Part shown: piece after piece, positions 10,194 through 21,209 of the stretch
Numbering within the stretch: the first letter of the stretch is position 1
How the letters are laid out: each line of letters begins with the position of its first letter
IMG/VR virus record: IMGVR_UViG_3300022936_000013
Span: 1-43,199 of that record
Reading direction: 5' to 3' (one strand)
Length of the DNA stretch: 43,199 nt
DNA from: a virus
Taxonomy: Duplodnaviria > Caudoviricetes
Position numbers and translations under genes: made by a program
The notes under the pieces: model-generated
Seen by the model: the letters and a program-made list of their open reading frames with translations, nothing else
What the model was told of the DNA's origin: nothing
Databases searched by the model: none

Positions 10194-10595
10194 TTAATCA
10201 TTAATTACCTCTGGCTCCACCTTATGCGTGCCTGCTATAATCTCTGGCGTTCCCGCAGGTGGATCAACTGGATCAAGAGGTTTAGGCTCTCCACCTACTT
10301 GTATTTTAAGATTTTGATTATCTTTATCTACAACTATTTGCTTTGCCTGTTTTGTCTCTGCTGCCTTCTGTGCTGCTGTTACATGAACTTTGCCAACTTT
10401 ATTGCCAACTGTTCTATTCTCTGTAATGCCTTTCGCCTTACTAAGATCAACCGTTTTTTTTGCCTTCTGTGACTTCTCTACTACCTCTTCTTCATCCTCT
10501 GTATGCGTGTAACGCACCCAACCACCTAATATTTTTGCTGTTTCGGGGCTTAATTCCTGTACTAATCCCGTAACTGTATTTTGATACAAAGCCAT
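10194..10595 (-). CDS. Hypothetical protein, largely disordered
   Basis: Likely start MALYQN at 10595, because the track start overlaps a promoter-like element. Confidence 0.7.
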   Translation of the reverse strand: MALYQNTVTGLVQELSPETAKILGGWVRYTHTEDEEEVVEKSQKAKKTVDLSKAKGITENRTVGNKVGKVHVTAAQKAAETKQAKQIVVDKDNQNLKIQVGGEPKPLDPVDPPAGTPEIIAGTHKVEPEVIND

Positions 10596-10623
10596 GCTAG
10601 TATGATTTATTTGAATTTTAAAA

Positions 10624-10655
10624 CAAATATGGTACACTACTTTTGTATTTGCAAA
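10624..10655 (-). promoter_or_regulatory. Variant Bacteroidota-type promoter for the head operon
   Basis: TTTG-N20-CATATTTG, one mismatch to TAnnTTTG, just downstream of a terminator. Confidence 0.5.
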
Positions 10656-10673
10656 TTTTCTTATATAAAAAAG

Positions 10674-10705
10674 AAAAACACGAATAATTATTTATCCGTG
10701 TTTTT
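10674..10705 (-). terminator. Intrinsic terminator, probably bidirectional
   Basis: AAAAACACG...CGTGTTTTT inverted repeat. Confidence 0.75.
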
Positions 10706-10739
10706 GCTAACTAACCATTTATTGTAAAGCCAAATACTA

Positions 10740-11513
10740 CTACTCTCCAAAAGGTAATTCGTTCGGATCATCTACTTTGCCTTCATCCTCTCCCTCTTGA
10801 TTCTCCGATTCTGTTTGTTCCTGCTCTGTTGTCGCTTCCTCCTCCACTTCTTCCACTATCTCCATTATTTGCGTTGGCTTATCGCTTTTCTTTCCGTATT
10901 TGAACTTACCTAACCATCCCTTTAATACGTCGTAATACTGATTGAAACTCACGCTATTTAATGGCTCAATGTATCCCTTCGTTACTAAATGATTTAAACC
11001 TACAGATACTAATCTGATCTCGTTATCTATGCTCTCAACAAATTGATTATATGTTTGACCCAATTCAAATATTTCGTTGTTGATCTCTGCCTTTTGTAGA
11101 TACTCACGCCAAAACTCAAATACTACCGCCACTTTCTCGCTCATTTGTGCTGTCAATTCTTCATCAACAACAAAATTCAATTGTGACTGCATTTCTAACG
11201 TATCTAATTCATCTGTTGCAACTAAACGTCCTGTTCTGCATTCAATATACTTTTTAATGCCTGCAATGTAATCGTTTAATACCCATACTTCAACATTGCG
11301 GGATTCTTTGCCTTTGCCGTAATTGTTGATTGCCTGTTCAAATGCTTCTTTTAATTCGCTAATCTCCGCATTCATTTGATGTACAATTACTTTCTTCTCT
11401 GCTTCAAGATCACGTAATTCGTCTCTTGTTTCTACTATCTTATCACCAAGAACTTTTAATTCCTGTTCTGTGTAATGATAATCTTCTAAAATTGTTTTTC
11501 TTATTGCTCCCAT
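10740..11513 (-). CDS. Hypothetical phage protein with coiled-coil N-terminus and acidic tail ending ELPFGE
   Basis: 257 aa, flanked by its own promoter and terminator. Confidence 0.8.
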   Translation of the reverse strand: MGAIRKTILEDYHYTEQELKVLGDKIVETRDELRDLEAEKKVIVHQMNAEISELKEAFEQAINNYGKGKESRNVEVWVLNDYIAGIKKYIECRTGRLVATDELDTLEMQSQLNFVVDEELTAQMSEKVAVVFEFWREYLQKAEINNEIFELGQTYNQFVESIDNEIRLVSVGLNHLVTKGYIEPLNSVSFNQYYDVLKGWLGKFKYGKKSDKPTQIMEIVEEVEEEATTEQEQTESENQEGEDEGKVDDPNELPFGE

Positions 11514-11540
11514 TTCTGATTATTTTTTGATCTGTGAAAT

Positions 11541-11576
11541 TATAAGACAAATATAATAATAATTCTGGAAAACAAA
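11541..11576 (-). promoter_or_regulatory. Bacteroidota sigma70-type promoter
   Basis: TTTG-N17-TATATTTG followed by TCTTAT, as in the other promoter copies. Confidence 0.7.
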
Positions 11577-11602
11577 GAAAGTCACGAAAAAATTCTCGTG
11601 AC
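11574..11602 (-). terminator. Intrinsic terminator
   Basis: GTCACGA-N8-TCGTGAC followed by TTTCTTTG. Confidence 0.7.
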
Positions 11603-11653
11603 TTGTCCAATATGAAGGATCAAATAATTGTTTGGGGAACAATAATTGAAGCA

Positions 11654-11661
11654 CAAATATA
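11654..11661 (-). promoter_or_regulatory. Possible -7 promoter element
   Basis: TATATTTG in intergenic DNA; no clear -33 element. Confidence 0.4.
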
Positions 11662-11682
11662 AGCCTTTTACTTTACTAATTA

Positions 11683-12165
11683 CTAAAATAAAACTTGATG
11701 TTTTTTTCCACTCCCTAAATAATAACTAAGTGTTGCTTTACACATTCCAAACTTTATAGACAAATCTCTATATGTCAACCCTAAAACCCTTTGCCTTCTT
11801 ACTTCTGCTATTAATTCGTCGCTATATTTTTTATTAGCGTTTTTTGCCATTTGTTGCCGTACTCTTTTGGGCTTATCCATCATGTTTTGAGAATGTGTGC
11901 CTATTCCGATATTATCATAAGAATTGTCTGTACTTATTCCGTTCAAATGCCTTATTTCTAATTCTTTATTTTCCAGTAATTGCCCATACTTTTGATAACC
12001 CAAAAGCCTGTGTACTTTGATGTTCATTCTGCTACCAAGATACTTTATATTGAAAACATAATAACCGCCTGTAATCCACGCATTTACTTTACCCCTTTTA
12101 CTGAAAACCTCCCCTTTGCTATTTACACGGTAGCCTTTTTCATAAGCTATTCTATATCCTTCCAT
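11683..12165 (-). CDS. HNH homing endonuclease with C-terminal HTH
   Basis: KVHRL...IRHLNGISTDNSYDNI...HSQN HNH signature; LTYRDLSIKFGMCKATL HTH. Confidence 0.88.
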   Translation of the reverse strand: MEGYRIAYEKGYRVNSKGEVFSKRGKVNAWITGGYYVFNIKYLGSRMNIKVHRLLGYQKYGQLLENKELEIRHLNGISTDNSYDNIGIGTHSQNMMDKPKRVRQQMAKNANKKYSDELIAEVRRQRVLGLTYRDLSIKFGMCKATLSYYLGSGKKHQVLF

Positions 12166-12178
12166 TTTGTTTAATTAA

Positions 12179-13649
<1,471 letters not shown>

Positions 13650-13650
<1 letters not shown>

Positions 13651-13865
13651 TATTTGATAATGTAATACTGTACTTTATTATTCCATGATGATGATCTGTA
13701 CGCAGCTTTCGCAATACCTTCATTATCAATATAAACTGATGTATGTGCAGTCACGAACAAACTATTTGTTGGATCGCTCCATTCCCCAAAACTATCAACT
13801 CTTTTTAAATCATGCAATCTTACATAATCTTCAAATTCTTCTTTTGTAACTACTGTAGATTCCAT
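13650..13865 (-). CDS. Hypothetical protein
   Basis: 71-aa ORF, coupled to the next gene. Confidence 0.65.
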
Positions 13866-13871
13866 AATTAT

Positions 13872-14171
13872 TTACTTTGTGAATCCTTTTGCTTTTAATG
13901 CTTCTACAATTTTATCCATCTTTGTAATTCCTTTTCTTGCATCTGCCCAATGCCTTGCTGTTTCTTCCATGCCTTCAACTAATTTCAATATTTCATCATC
14001 CCCGCACGTATCCTTTCTGTATGGAACTATTGGATTGTCGTCTGTCAAACGCTTTAATTCAACTGTATTCAATCTCTTACCAGAATCAAACGCCCGTGTA
14101 ATGTTAAATACAACATCAATTCTAAAAAGATGTCCACCATAATCATACAATCTACTTAGGTTATCTTCCAT
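13872..14171 (-). CDS. Hypothetical protein
   Basis: 99-aa ORF tiling the operon. Confidence 0.7.
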   Translation of the reverse strand: MEDNLSRLYDYGGHLFRIDVVFNITRAFDSGKRLNTVELKRLTDDNPIVPYRKDTCGDDEILKLVEGMEETARHWADARKGITKMDKIVEALKAKGFTK

Positions 14172-14217
14172 ATATTATTTGGTCTTGTCAGCTGTGGCCA
14201 ACTGAATAGATAAAATA

Positions 14218-16038
14218 TTATTTTGTTAAACGCTCTAATCCTTTCATTTCCTTTGGAATCTCTGATTCTGCTACCTTTGCTATTTCTTCTATCTTCTTAT
14301 CTACAATAACTTTCTGTGCCTTGTAATCCTTTAAATAGAACTGAATCGTTTCTTTCTCCTCTATCTCTGTAAATATCTTGCTGAAATTCGCATATAATAT
14401 CTTTTCTGACTTTGTTACGCTCTCGCTTCCTAATAAACTACTTATTTGTGAACTGCTTTTGCCACTGAACGGCATAAACTTTTGCTGTGTGAGATAACGC
14501 ATCATGTTTTCTTCATCGTTATCAAACTGTATTCGTGCTAATGTTTTCTGTGCATCTAATACCAGAATCTCACCTGCTCCGCTTTCTAATAGAAACTTTA
14601 ATCTTTGTGCTGCTGCTTCTGCCGTTTCCATAACGAAACGACCCGAATACTTGAAAACTATATCTGCTGTCGTGTCAAATGTGTATGCTATTTGTTTGCC
14701 TGTGAAGATAAACCATTCTGCCCGCATCTTTCCAAAATCATCTAACACCATTTCTTTTTCTTCTGTCTGTACTACGATGCCTGTCGCTGTTTGTTGCTCG
14801 TTTCCGTTGTTATTTGATGTCTGCTGCATATTTTGTCTCTTTGATATGCCTGCACCAAATACCGCTACTTCTACTAACATTTCATTGCGTTCAATATCTC
14901 GTGCTAACATTTCTACCGCTTGAAAATCCTGTACAATGTACTTGACCATATCATCAATCGGAATAAAATCTTCTCTGTTAGACGGACGTTTGAATCTGAT
15001 CGTTTCCTGTGCTGATTTGTGAGGTCTGAACCCATCGCCACCGCAAACACTACACGTATCCTTTGTTCCTGCAATGATTCCGCCAATACAACGCCTGCTT
15101 TCATCTATTGCTATTTCACCTATGCACGCATCATCCATCATTACTCTTTGAGGAAATACATGATGCCTGTAACTTATATCTTTCTCGCTCTTGTTTCTGT
15201 ATGCATCACGTATCAATGGAATCACTGGTTCTAATGGACATATACATATAGGATATTTAGGGTGCATCTGCGTTCCTAATCTTCTGATTGCTATTTCTGG
15301 ATTCTTTGTAGGGAATGATCCAACAATGTATGTTTTGTCATTGCTTTGATTCTTCCATGATTCGCCCGTTATCTTATTTGCTCTTAGATCGCTAACCTCC
15401 TCAAAGATGATTGTTGCACCGTCCACATAAATATAATAATCTTTTAATGTGCCGTCACGCTTTGTTTTATACTGTTCATCATACTTGCTTACTTTGCTTT
15501 CAATGCAAATCTGTGCATAATCTAATAATCCCCATTCTGTATATACATAATCGTAAACTGAATCACAAGGGAATAATACTGGATAACATCTAGGCTTTTC
15601 CCCGTCCTTGAAACTGTCAAACCTGACTAAATAAAAACTGTTCGGGTCCAACATTACTCTTTTATCCAAGACCTCACGCATATAATACTCTACGTCACGC
15701 CTGTTATAATAATTTGCCTCGTTTTCTAATATGAATTTTAATTTACTATCATCCTTTGCAACGATGTTCTTCTTAGGCTCTATCCTGCTTACACCATAGA
15801 ACTGTTTAACAACTGGACTGATCGTAGGCGTAATGTTTTCTATCGTCAAATCCTTTCTTTGCTTGTATAACTGCAAATCTTCTCTTAACTCAAATCTGGG
15901 TAGCCATACCTCCAAATCTTCGCCTGTATGCAATCGCTCATAGTTTTTTCTTATCTCTATGCATTTCTTGTAGAACTTGTGTCGTGTATTGAACTGCAAA
16001 TTTCTCTTTGTCTTTTCAATCGCATCTGTTATTAACAT
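14218..16038 (-). CDS. Portal protein with Cys-rich insertion
   Basis: 606 aa immediately after terL; QQTATG motif; CSVCGGDG insertion. Confidence 0.8.
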   Translation of the reverse strand: MLITDAIEKTKRNLQFNTRHKFYKKCIEIRKNYERLHTGEDLEVWLPRFELREDLQLYKQRKDLTIENITPTISPVVKQFYGVSRIEPKKNIVAKDDSKLKFILENEANYYNRRDVEYYMREVLDKRVMLDPNSFYLVRFDSFKDGEKPRCYPVLFPCDSVYDYVYTEWGLLDYAQICIESKVSKYDEQYKTKRDGTLKDYYIYVDGATIIFEEVSDLRANKITGESWKNQSNDKTYIVGSFPTKNPEIAIRRLGTQMHPKYPICICPLEPVIPLIRDAYRNKSEKDISYRHHVFPQRVMMDDACIGEIAIDESRRCIGGIIAGTKDTCSVCGGDGFRPHKSAQETIRFKRPSNREDFIPIDDMVKYIVQDFQAVEMLARDIERNEMLVEVAVFGAGISKRQNMQQTSNNNGNEQQTATGIVVQTEEKEMVLDDFGKMRAEWFIFTGKQIAYTFDTTADIVFKYSGRFVMETAEAAAQRLKFLLESGAGEILVLDAQKTLARIQFDNDEENMMRYLTQQKFMPFSGKSSSQISSLLGSESVTKSEKILYANFSKIFTEIEEKETIQFYLKDYKAQKVIVDKKIEEIAKVAESEIPKEMKGLERLTK

Positions 16039-16040
16039 AT

Positions 16041-17543
16041 CTATTCTCTATTTTCAGGTAATAAATGACTAAACGCCCTTGCTATAAAATAACTGCTTGC
16101 ACTGTAACAATGTCCCTTTGTTTGTACGCTCTTTGACCCTATCTTGACTGGTTCGGGATCGAAACCGTCTGGTGCATTCTGTAACGTTTCGTAATCCCTA
16201 ATTGTATTTTCACAACTTTCATCAAATACTATTTCAATGTTTTCAAACTTGCCTTCTAAAATCTTCTTGATTAGATTCCTCGTTGTTCGTATGTATGGAT
16301 TCGCTGCGGGTACTTGATCGTAATCCTGTCTATCACCTACAAGATACTTTTTTAATTCTACTTCAATCTCCTTGTATATGTTGTAACTATATTTACCGCT
16401 TGCATCACCATAGAATATAATTGGAACAAACCCGTATACTTTAGGAAACGTTTCTATAAAATCCCTGCAACAATCTTCCGGTGTATTAATCGGAGGCTTT
16501 TTGCAAAACTCTCTGAATACTCTAATCATTAATACTTCCCTGCCATTCCTTGATGCAATCCTGCTAGGCTCTCTCCTTAACTGGATCGCTAACATTGTCT
16601 GATATGGAAGATTATTAAAATCGAATGTTAAATGTACATCTTTCTTTGAACAATATCCTAACTTAGCTACGTGTATATCTCTATTGAACGCCTTGCCTAA
16701 AAATTCGTTCCCTGTCGTCTCATTTACCCATATACCTTTTCTCCCGTATGTTGCCTTGTTTCCTGTCCAACCAACAACAACTTTGTTCTTGTATTCATCA
16801 CTTAAAAAAGGATTATCTAAATAAGACGAATTTACTATGTTAAAATCATTCGGATCATAATCTGACTTCTCTCTGCGATGTGGGTCTATTAACTGCTTGT
16901 AAAGAAAATATTGTTTTGATATAGGATTCAATGTTTGATCAAAATGTCCTTTCGCTAATCCTGTCCTGATTCTACCATCTAAATCATCAAACTGATCTTT
17001 GACAATCATTCTTACTTTGCTTCCTTTATCTATCGTTATCGGTTCGTCAAAAAAGATATTTGTTAAATCGTTCATCCCTGCTAACTTACCTGTATCGTTC
17101 ATACCAGAACTGTACATGATGTTGCCTGTGGATAAACATAATATATCTTTTGTACTGTCGTAACACTTGAAATATTTGCTTAACTGATACTTTCTGATTG
17201 TATCAACAAACGTTCTGTAAATCGTTGTTTTGATCTCCTCTTTCGTATGTCTTAGAAACAATAATCTAAAAGGATCATCACCCATTGACTTTGTTAACAA
17301 CTCCATTACCTTAGATGTCGTCTTAGCTGAACCGTTTGAACCTACCCAAAGATCATATCTTTTCTCGCTGTTTAGATTATCATAGAACGTATCACAATAA
17401 TACATGAATCTAACGTCCCTATCAAACTTCTTTCTTGCGTCCTCTAACACTCCCTCTCTTAGATATACCCTCCCATTCTCTACCTTTCCTATCAACGGTA
17501 TTTGTCTAACTGCTACGGGTATTAATAACGGTGCTTCATTCAT
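16041..17543 (-). CDS. terL: Terminase large subunit (PBSX-like)
   Basis: Walker A-like GSNGSAKT, Walker B IFFDE, coupling motif TLNP, YLDNPFL, nuclease motifs FDFN and GDASG. Confidence 0.9.
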   Translation of the reverse strand: MNEAPLLIPVAVRQIPLIGKVENGRVYLREGVLEDARKKFDRDVRFMYYCDTFYDNLNSEKRYDLWVGSNGSAKTTSKVMELLTKSMGDDPFRLLFLRHTKEEIKTTIYRTFVDTIRKYQLSKYFKCYDSTKDILCLSTGNIMYSSGMNDTGKLAGMNDLTNIFFDEPITIDKGSKVRMIVKDQFDDLDGRIRTGLAKGHFDQTLNPISKQYFLYKQLIDPHRREKSDYDPNDFNIVNSSYLDNPFLSDEYKNKVVVGWTGNKATYGRKGIWVNETTGNEFLGKAFNRDIHVAKLGYCSKKDVHLTFDFNNLPYQTMLAIQLRREPSRIASRNGREVLMIRVFREFCKKPPINTPEDCCRDFIETFPKVYGFVPIIFYGDASGKYSYNIYKEIEVELKKYLVGDRQDYDQVPAANPYIRTTRNLIKKILEGKFENIEIVFDESCENTIRDYETLQNAPDGFDPEPVKIGSKSVQTKGHCYSASSYFIARAFSHLLPENRE

Positions 17544-17570
17544 TTTATCATCTTTCTCTTACATCGACCA

Positions 17571-18140
17571 TTATACAATAATATCTTTTATTGTTCCATA
17601 GGCTTTATCATTAGGCTTGTACACAACATTGTTAAGCATATAATATTCCTTATTTAATGCTTTTGCATAATACGCACCCTCTACAAAGTTAAAGACATAG
17701 CACATTTGATTGTCTACTTTTCTTTTACAAAACACACCTTTTGGCAAATTAACAGCCTTTGCATATAACATCAACTGCCCTACCTTTTCCCATCTTAATT
17801 TACTTAACTTCAAGCCCAACTCCTCTTTTCTCTTTTCGTCTTTTCTGTCCTGTTTATGTGCTTCAAGCAAATGGTTGTTCACTATATTGTATTTAGGACA
17901 AAAATCTTCAATATATTCTTTTTCTAAAATTATTGCCTCTTCTCTTGTTGTAACACAAAAATAAAAGAACCTATTAAAAATCTTATCGCTTAAATGCATT
18001 TGTATTCTTTGCCCTAATCCTCCACTTTGCCCAACATATACAATCTCTTCATCTTGCAATAAAAAATACACAACAAATTCTTTTACAAGTTCTAACGGCT
18101 TTGCTAGTTTAATAATATCGTTCCTGTAATACTTCCTCAT
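17571..18140 (-). CDS. GIY-YIG nuclease domain protein
   Basis: VVYFL...IVYVGQS...RIQMH...EKEYI...PKYN. Confidence 0.8.
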   Translation of the reverse strand: MRKYYRNDIIKLAKPLELVKEFVVYFLLQDEEIVYVGQSGGLGQRIQMHLSDKIFNRFFYFCVTTREEAIILEKEYIEDFCPKYNIVNNHLLEAHKQDRKDEKRKEELGLKLSKLRWEKVGQLMLYAKAVNLPKGVFCKRKVDNQMCYVFNFVEGAYYAKALNKEYYMLNNVVYKPNDKAYGTIKDIIV

Positions 18141-18189
18141 TTTGCTATTAATGTTTATAAAACAAGTTTACAAAATTTTGTAATAAGTA

Positions 18190-18516
18190 TTACCTTTTTA
18201 GTTTCGGATTTACTATTTCTGCAAGAAAATCAAACCAAACATTGTTTATATTCTCTGCTGTAACTGCCAAATGCTGTACTGATACGCATTTTTCACATAA
18301 AACAAACCCTTTATAATTGTTATAACACTGAATTAACCTGTTACAATGATCGCATTCTCTATAATGCCTATGATTTGCTATATCTAATGCTAAACAATAT
18401 TTTTCGTATGCTGCTAAACTTATATCTTCATCCCAATCTGATATGTCTACAACCAAGTTTCCTGCCGTTGTAAGCACCTTTTTACCAAGATTCGTTGTGA
18501 TGTTCCACGTACGCAT
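18190..18516 (-). CDS. Hypothetical zinc-ribbon protein
   Basis: CDHC...CEKC. Confidence 0.65.
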   Translation of the reverse strand: MRTWNITTNLGKKVLTTAGNLVVDISDWDEDISLAAYEKYCLALDIANHRHYRECDHCNRLIQCYNNYKGFVLCEKCVSVQHLAVTAENINNVWFDFLAEIVNPKLKR

Positions 18517-18517
18517 A

Positions 18518-19078
18518 TTAATTCGCTCTTACTGTCCCCAATGTGCCTAATATTAGATTCATTGCCTTTTCCTGCTCCTCGTTCCTGACTGGTTTTAATG
18601 CCTCTGGCTTCTGTTCCTTTACCTCTACTGTATGCTTGTGTTCTATCTCTAACGTGTCTGGAAGATAATCATTTCCCATCTTGTTTAATAGATCAATTGC
18701 CCTGATACGCTCGTGATATGTAGGATAGACTTCTATCGCAACTGCTTGACCATCAGCCCTAAACACCGTTTGTTTGCCTATTTTCTCACCTTTTGCAATG
18801 CTTGTCAATATCTGCTTTCTTTCTGTTACACTCGCTATTGTTATACCTGCTGCTACTGTAACTTCATTGATCTTTTCTTGTAGTGACAAAGCCAAATCTA
18901 TTTGCTCTTCAATCTTCTTTATTTGCTCTCTTGCAAATGCTATGTATTTGTCTATTGAATTTGAACCAACATCATACTTTTTGCTAAACACTTCTATTAT
19001 CGCTTTTCTCGTTGATCCTTGTTCTAACATTTTACGGACTTCATCTACCCTAAATTTGGTCGATTCTCTTAACTCCAT
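18518..19078 (-). CDS. terS: Terminase small subunit
   Basis: N-terminal HTH, ERKQILTSIAKG and ERIRAIDLLNKM motifs. Start MELRES at 19078, because the track start lies inside the promoter. Confidence 0.8.
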   Translation of the reverse strand: MELRESTKFRVDEVRKMLEQGSTRKAIIEVFSKKYDVGSNSIDKYIAFAREQIKKIEEQIDLALSLQEKINEVTVAAGITIASVTERKQILTSIAKGEKIGKQTVFRADGQAVAIEVYPTYHERIRAIDLLNKMGNDYLPDTLEIEHKHTVEVKEQKPEALKPVRNEEQEKAMNLILGTLGTVRAN

Positions 19079-19095
19079 CCCCTTAATTGTTTTAT

Positions 19096-19133
19096 GTAAG
19101 ACAAATATAAGTAGTGTTGTGCTTATATACAAA
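19096..19133 (-). promoter_or_regulatory. Promoter of the packaging operon
   Basis: TTTG-N20-TATATTTG-TCTTAC. Confidence 0.75.
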
Positions 19134-19169
19134 TAAAAAATGTCGTAATCAATGATAGACTACGACATT
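19134..19169 (-). terminator. Intrinsic terminator
   Basis: AATGTCGTA...TACGACATT followed by a T-tract on the minus strand. Confidence 0.75.
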
Positions 19170-19206
19170 ATAACTTACTAAACTGATTTCAAATTAATAA
19201 TATGCC

Positions 19207-19962
19207 TTAATTGTTTATGTTTGGAACGCAATTAATATCAGGCCGTGGTAGGTTCTCATCGCTTGGACAATTGTTTGATCCTGTCTTTCTGCTCTCCTCC
19301 TCTGGTCTTACCACTTTATGTTGTCCGTATGCCTTTGGTGCTTCTTTTGCTTTCTGCATGTATACTTCTTTGTCTGACTGCTCTATGCTTTGTTTTTCTT
19401 CCTGTGCTTTTACAAAATCTTCCAAATGATCTTTTGCAATTGGCTTTGGTTTGGGGTTTGTATCCTCCTTTGGAACTTCGTTGCTGTAATCGCTTACAAA
19501 ATCTATTGGCGTTATCACCGCACCACTCATTTTCATTTCCTGCAATGTTTGTTTGTCAGTGTCCTTTTGCTTCTGTACTTCCTCTTGAATCTGCTTTTCC
19601 CTATCTGCTCTGTGCTTTTTTAATGCCTCTTTCGGCTCTAAATCCTGCACAATGTTCTTTTCTGTCTCCTCTCTCAATTCATCTAATCTATCATCCAATG
19701 CATCTATTTCGTTCTCTAAATACTCTGCAAACTTATGATTGCAATCCAAACTAAACTCTATGCCTGCTACTTGGACATCTATTTGTAACTTCTGTTCTGG
19801 ATCAATGTTTAAGATGTTACGTACTGCAATGAATCTTTGTCGTTGGATTAAAATTGCTTCTCTTTCGATTATCGCATTCATTTCGTTTCTCTTTTCAAAG
19901 ATTTGCTCTAAATCAATTTGAAATTCTGTTTTTGCATCACCTGCTTTGTTCCCCTTTGCCAT
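19207..19962 (-). CDS. Hypothetical coiled-coil protein
   Basis: 251-aa E/K/Q-rich ORF. Confidence 0.75.
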   Translation of the reverse strand: MAKGNKAGDAKTEFQIDLEQIFEKRNEMNAIIEREAILIQRQRFIAVRNILNIDPEQKLQIDVQVAGIEFSLDCNHKFAEYLENEIDALDDRLDELREETEKNIVQDLEPKEALKKHRADREKQIQEEVQKQKDTDKQTLQEMKMSGAVITPIDFVSDYSNEVPKEDTNPKPKPIAKDHLEDFVKAQEEKQSIEQSDKEVYMQKAKEAPKAYGQHKVVRPEEESRKTGSNNCPSDENLPRPDINCVPNINN

Positions 19963-19988
19963 TTGATTAAATGTTTATTGTTTATAAA

Positions 19989-20366
19989 TTATTTTAATAG
20001 ATAATCAACTAATTTACTAACCTTTGATTTTATCTCTGATACAGACGTATGAGGCGTTAAACTTGATACAAATTGATCTACTGCCTGCTGTCTTGTTGCT
20101 TGTGTAATTATGCCCTTAATCTTGAAAAAACTTTTAAAATCTTCTTCTGAATATACATAAAATTCTCCGTCACAAACATAATGTACGATGTAATCCCCTA
20201 TTTGTACATCTACCTTACCAAATGGTGTCTTTATTGAAAGAAACTCGTTTTTGATCGTTTTAACTGCATCAAATGCACTCCCCCACTCTACGCACATTTC
20301 ATCAAAACTATAACCTCCTGTGAATTGTGTTGCCTCTATTACTGATATTCTTTCAAACTTTTCCAT
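19989..20366 (-). CDS. Conserved phage hypothetical protein (EAxQF...IKT...GDYI type)
   Basis: IEATQFTG, IKTPFG and IGDYIV motifs, common in small phage proteins. Confidence 0.7.
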   Translation of the reverse strand: MEKFERISVIEATQFTGGYSFDEMCVEWGSAFDAVKTIKNEFLSIKTPFGKVDVQIGDYIVHYVCDGEFYVYSEEDFKSFFKIKGIITQATRQQAVDQFVSSLTPHTSVSEIKSKVSKLVDYLLK

Positions 20367-20562
20367 GATTATTTATTGTTGAATTTCCCCATTCATCGAA
20401 ACTATATGTATAACCGTATTCGTCGCCTGTTGGATAATCTAATTCTTTGTCAGGTAGAATATGAGCGTATTTCTGTAATAATTCCTCATGCTTTTTGACG
20501 ATGAATGCAAAAGTAGAATAAAACGCTTTTCTCTCTTTTTTCTTTCTTTGTCGCTTATTCAT
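20353..20562 (-). CDS. Hypothetical protein (MNKRQRKK start)
   Basis: 69-aa ORF tiling the operon. Confidence 0.65.
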   Translation of the reverse strand: MNKRQRKKKERKAFYSTFAFIVKKHEELLQKYAHILPDKELDYPTGDEYGYTYSFDEWGNSTINNHGKV

Positions 20563-20564
20563 GC

Positions 20565-20870
20565 TTAATTTAAGTTTTTCCAGTGACTTTTTCCCCTTAT
20601 TATATTCACTTCGTTTACTTCAAAAATAGACTTTGCAACCTGTTTTTCTTTCTTTTTCAGCCTCAAACTAACTCCCCAACCCTTTTTAAAGGGAATTATA
20701 AAACACAACTTTAACCATGTTTTATTGTATTCCTGTACTATTGAAATACTTATAAATATTAGAACTAATGAGAAATATTTCTCTGAAAAAGAAAAATCTA
20801 ACATCAATAAAAAACTTGGATTGTATCTAACATCTTTTAACGCTTCTATTCTGCTTCTTGTCTTTCCCAT
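20565..20870 (-). CDS. Hypothetical protein
   Basis: 101-aa ORF. Confidence 0.6.
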   Translation of the reverse strand: MGKTRSRIEALKDVRYNPSFLLMLDFSFSEKYFSLVLIFISISIVQEYNKTWLKLCFIIPFKKGWGVSLRLKKKEKQVAKSIFEVNEVNIIRGKSHWKNLN

Positions 20871-20897
20871 TGTATTGTAAATATAAGAAATTATACC

Positions 20898-21075
20898 CTA
20901 TTTTTCATCAAATTCAACTGTTATTATTATCTCACTTAATACGCTTCCAACTAATATAATCAAACCTGCTGCAACTATATTTCCCGCTATTACATAATGA
21001 TATGCATCATTTATTGTACCAATTAAAACAACTGCTAAAAGGAATATTTTAAGGCAACGATATACTAATTTACAC
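20898..21075 (-). pseudogene. Start-less remnant of a membrane protein gene
   Basis: Open frame ...IFLLAVVLIGTINDAYHYVIAGNIVAAGLIILVGSVLSEIIITVEFDEK* with no in-frame ATG; abuts the plus-strand insertion. Confidence 0.45.
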
Positions 21076-21209
21076 TAAAGTGAGGAAATCCACCATTTTT
21101 AAAATAAATTACGGCAAAAAGTACCATTTAATAAATAATACTGTTTAATAAGAAAGTAATTTAGTTTATTTGATTTTTAATATATACAACCATTAAATAA
21201 ACTAAAGTT

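Noticed and set aside
14189-14206. Small hairpin after the portal gene
   Set aside because: 7-bp stem without a U-tract; too weak to call.
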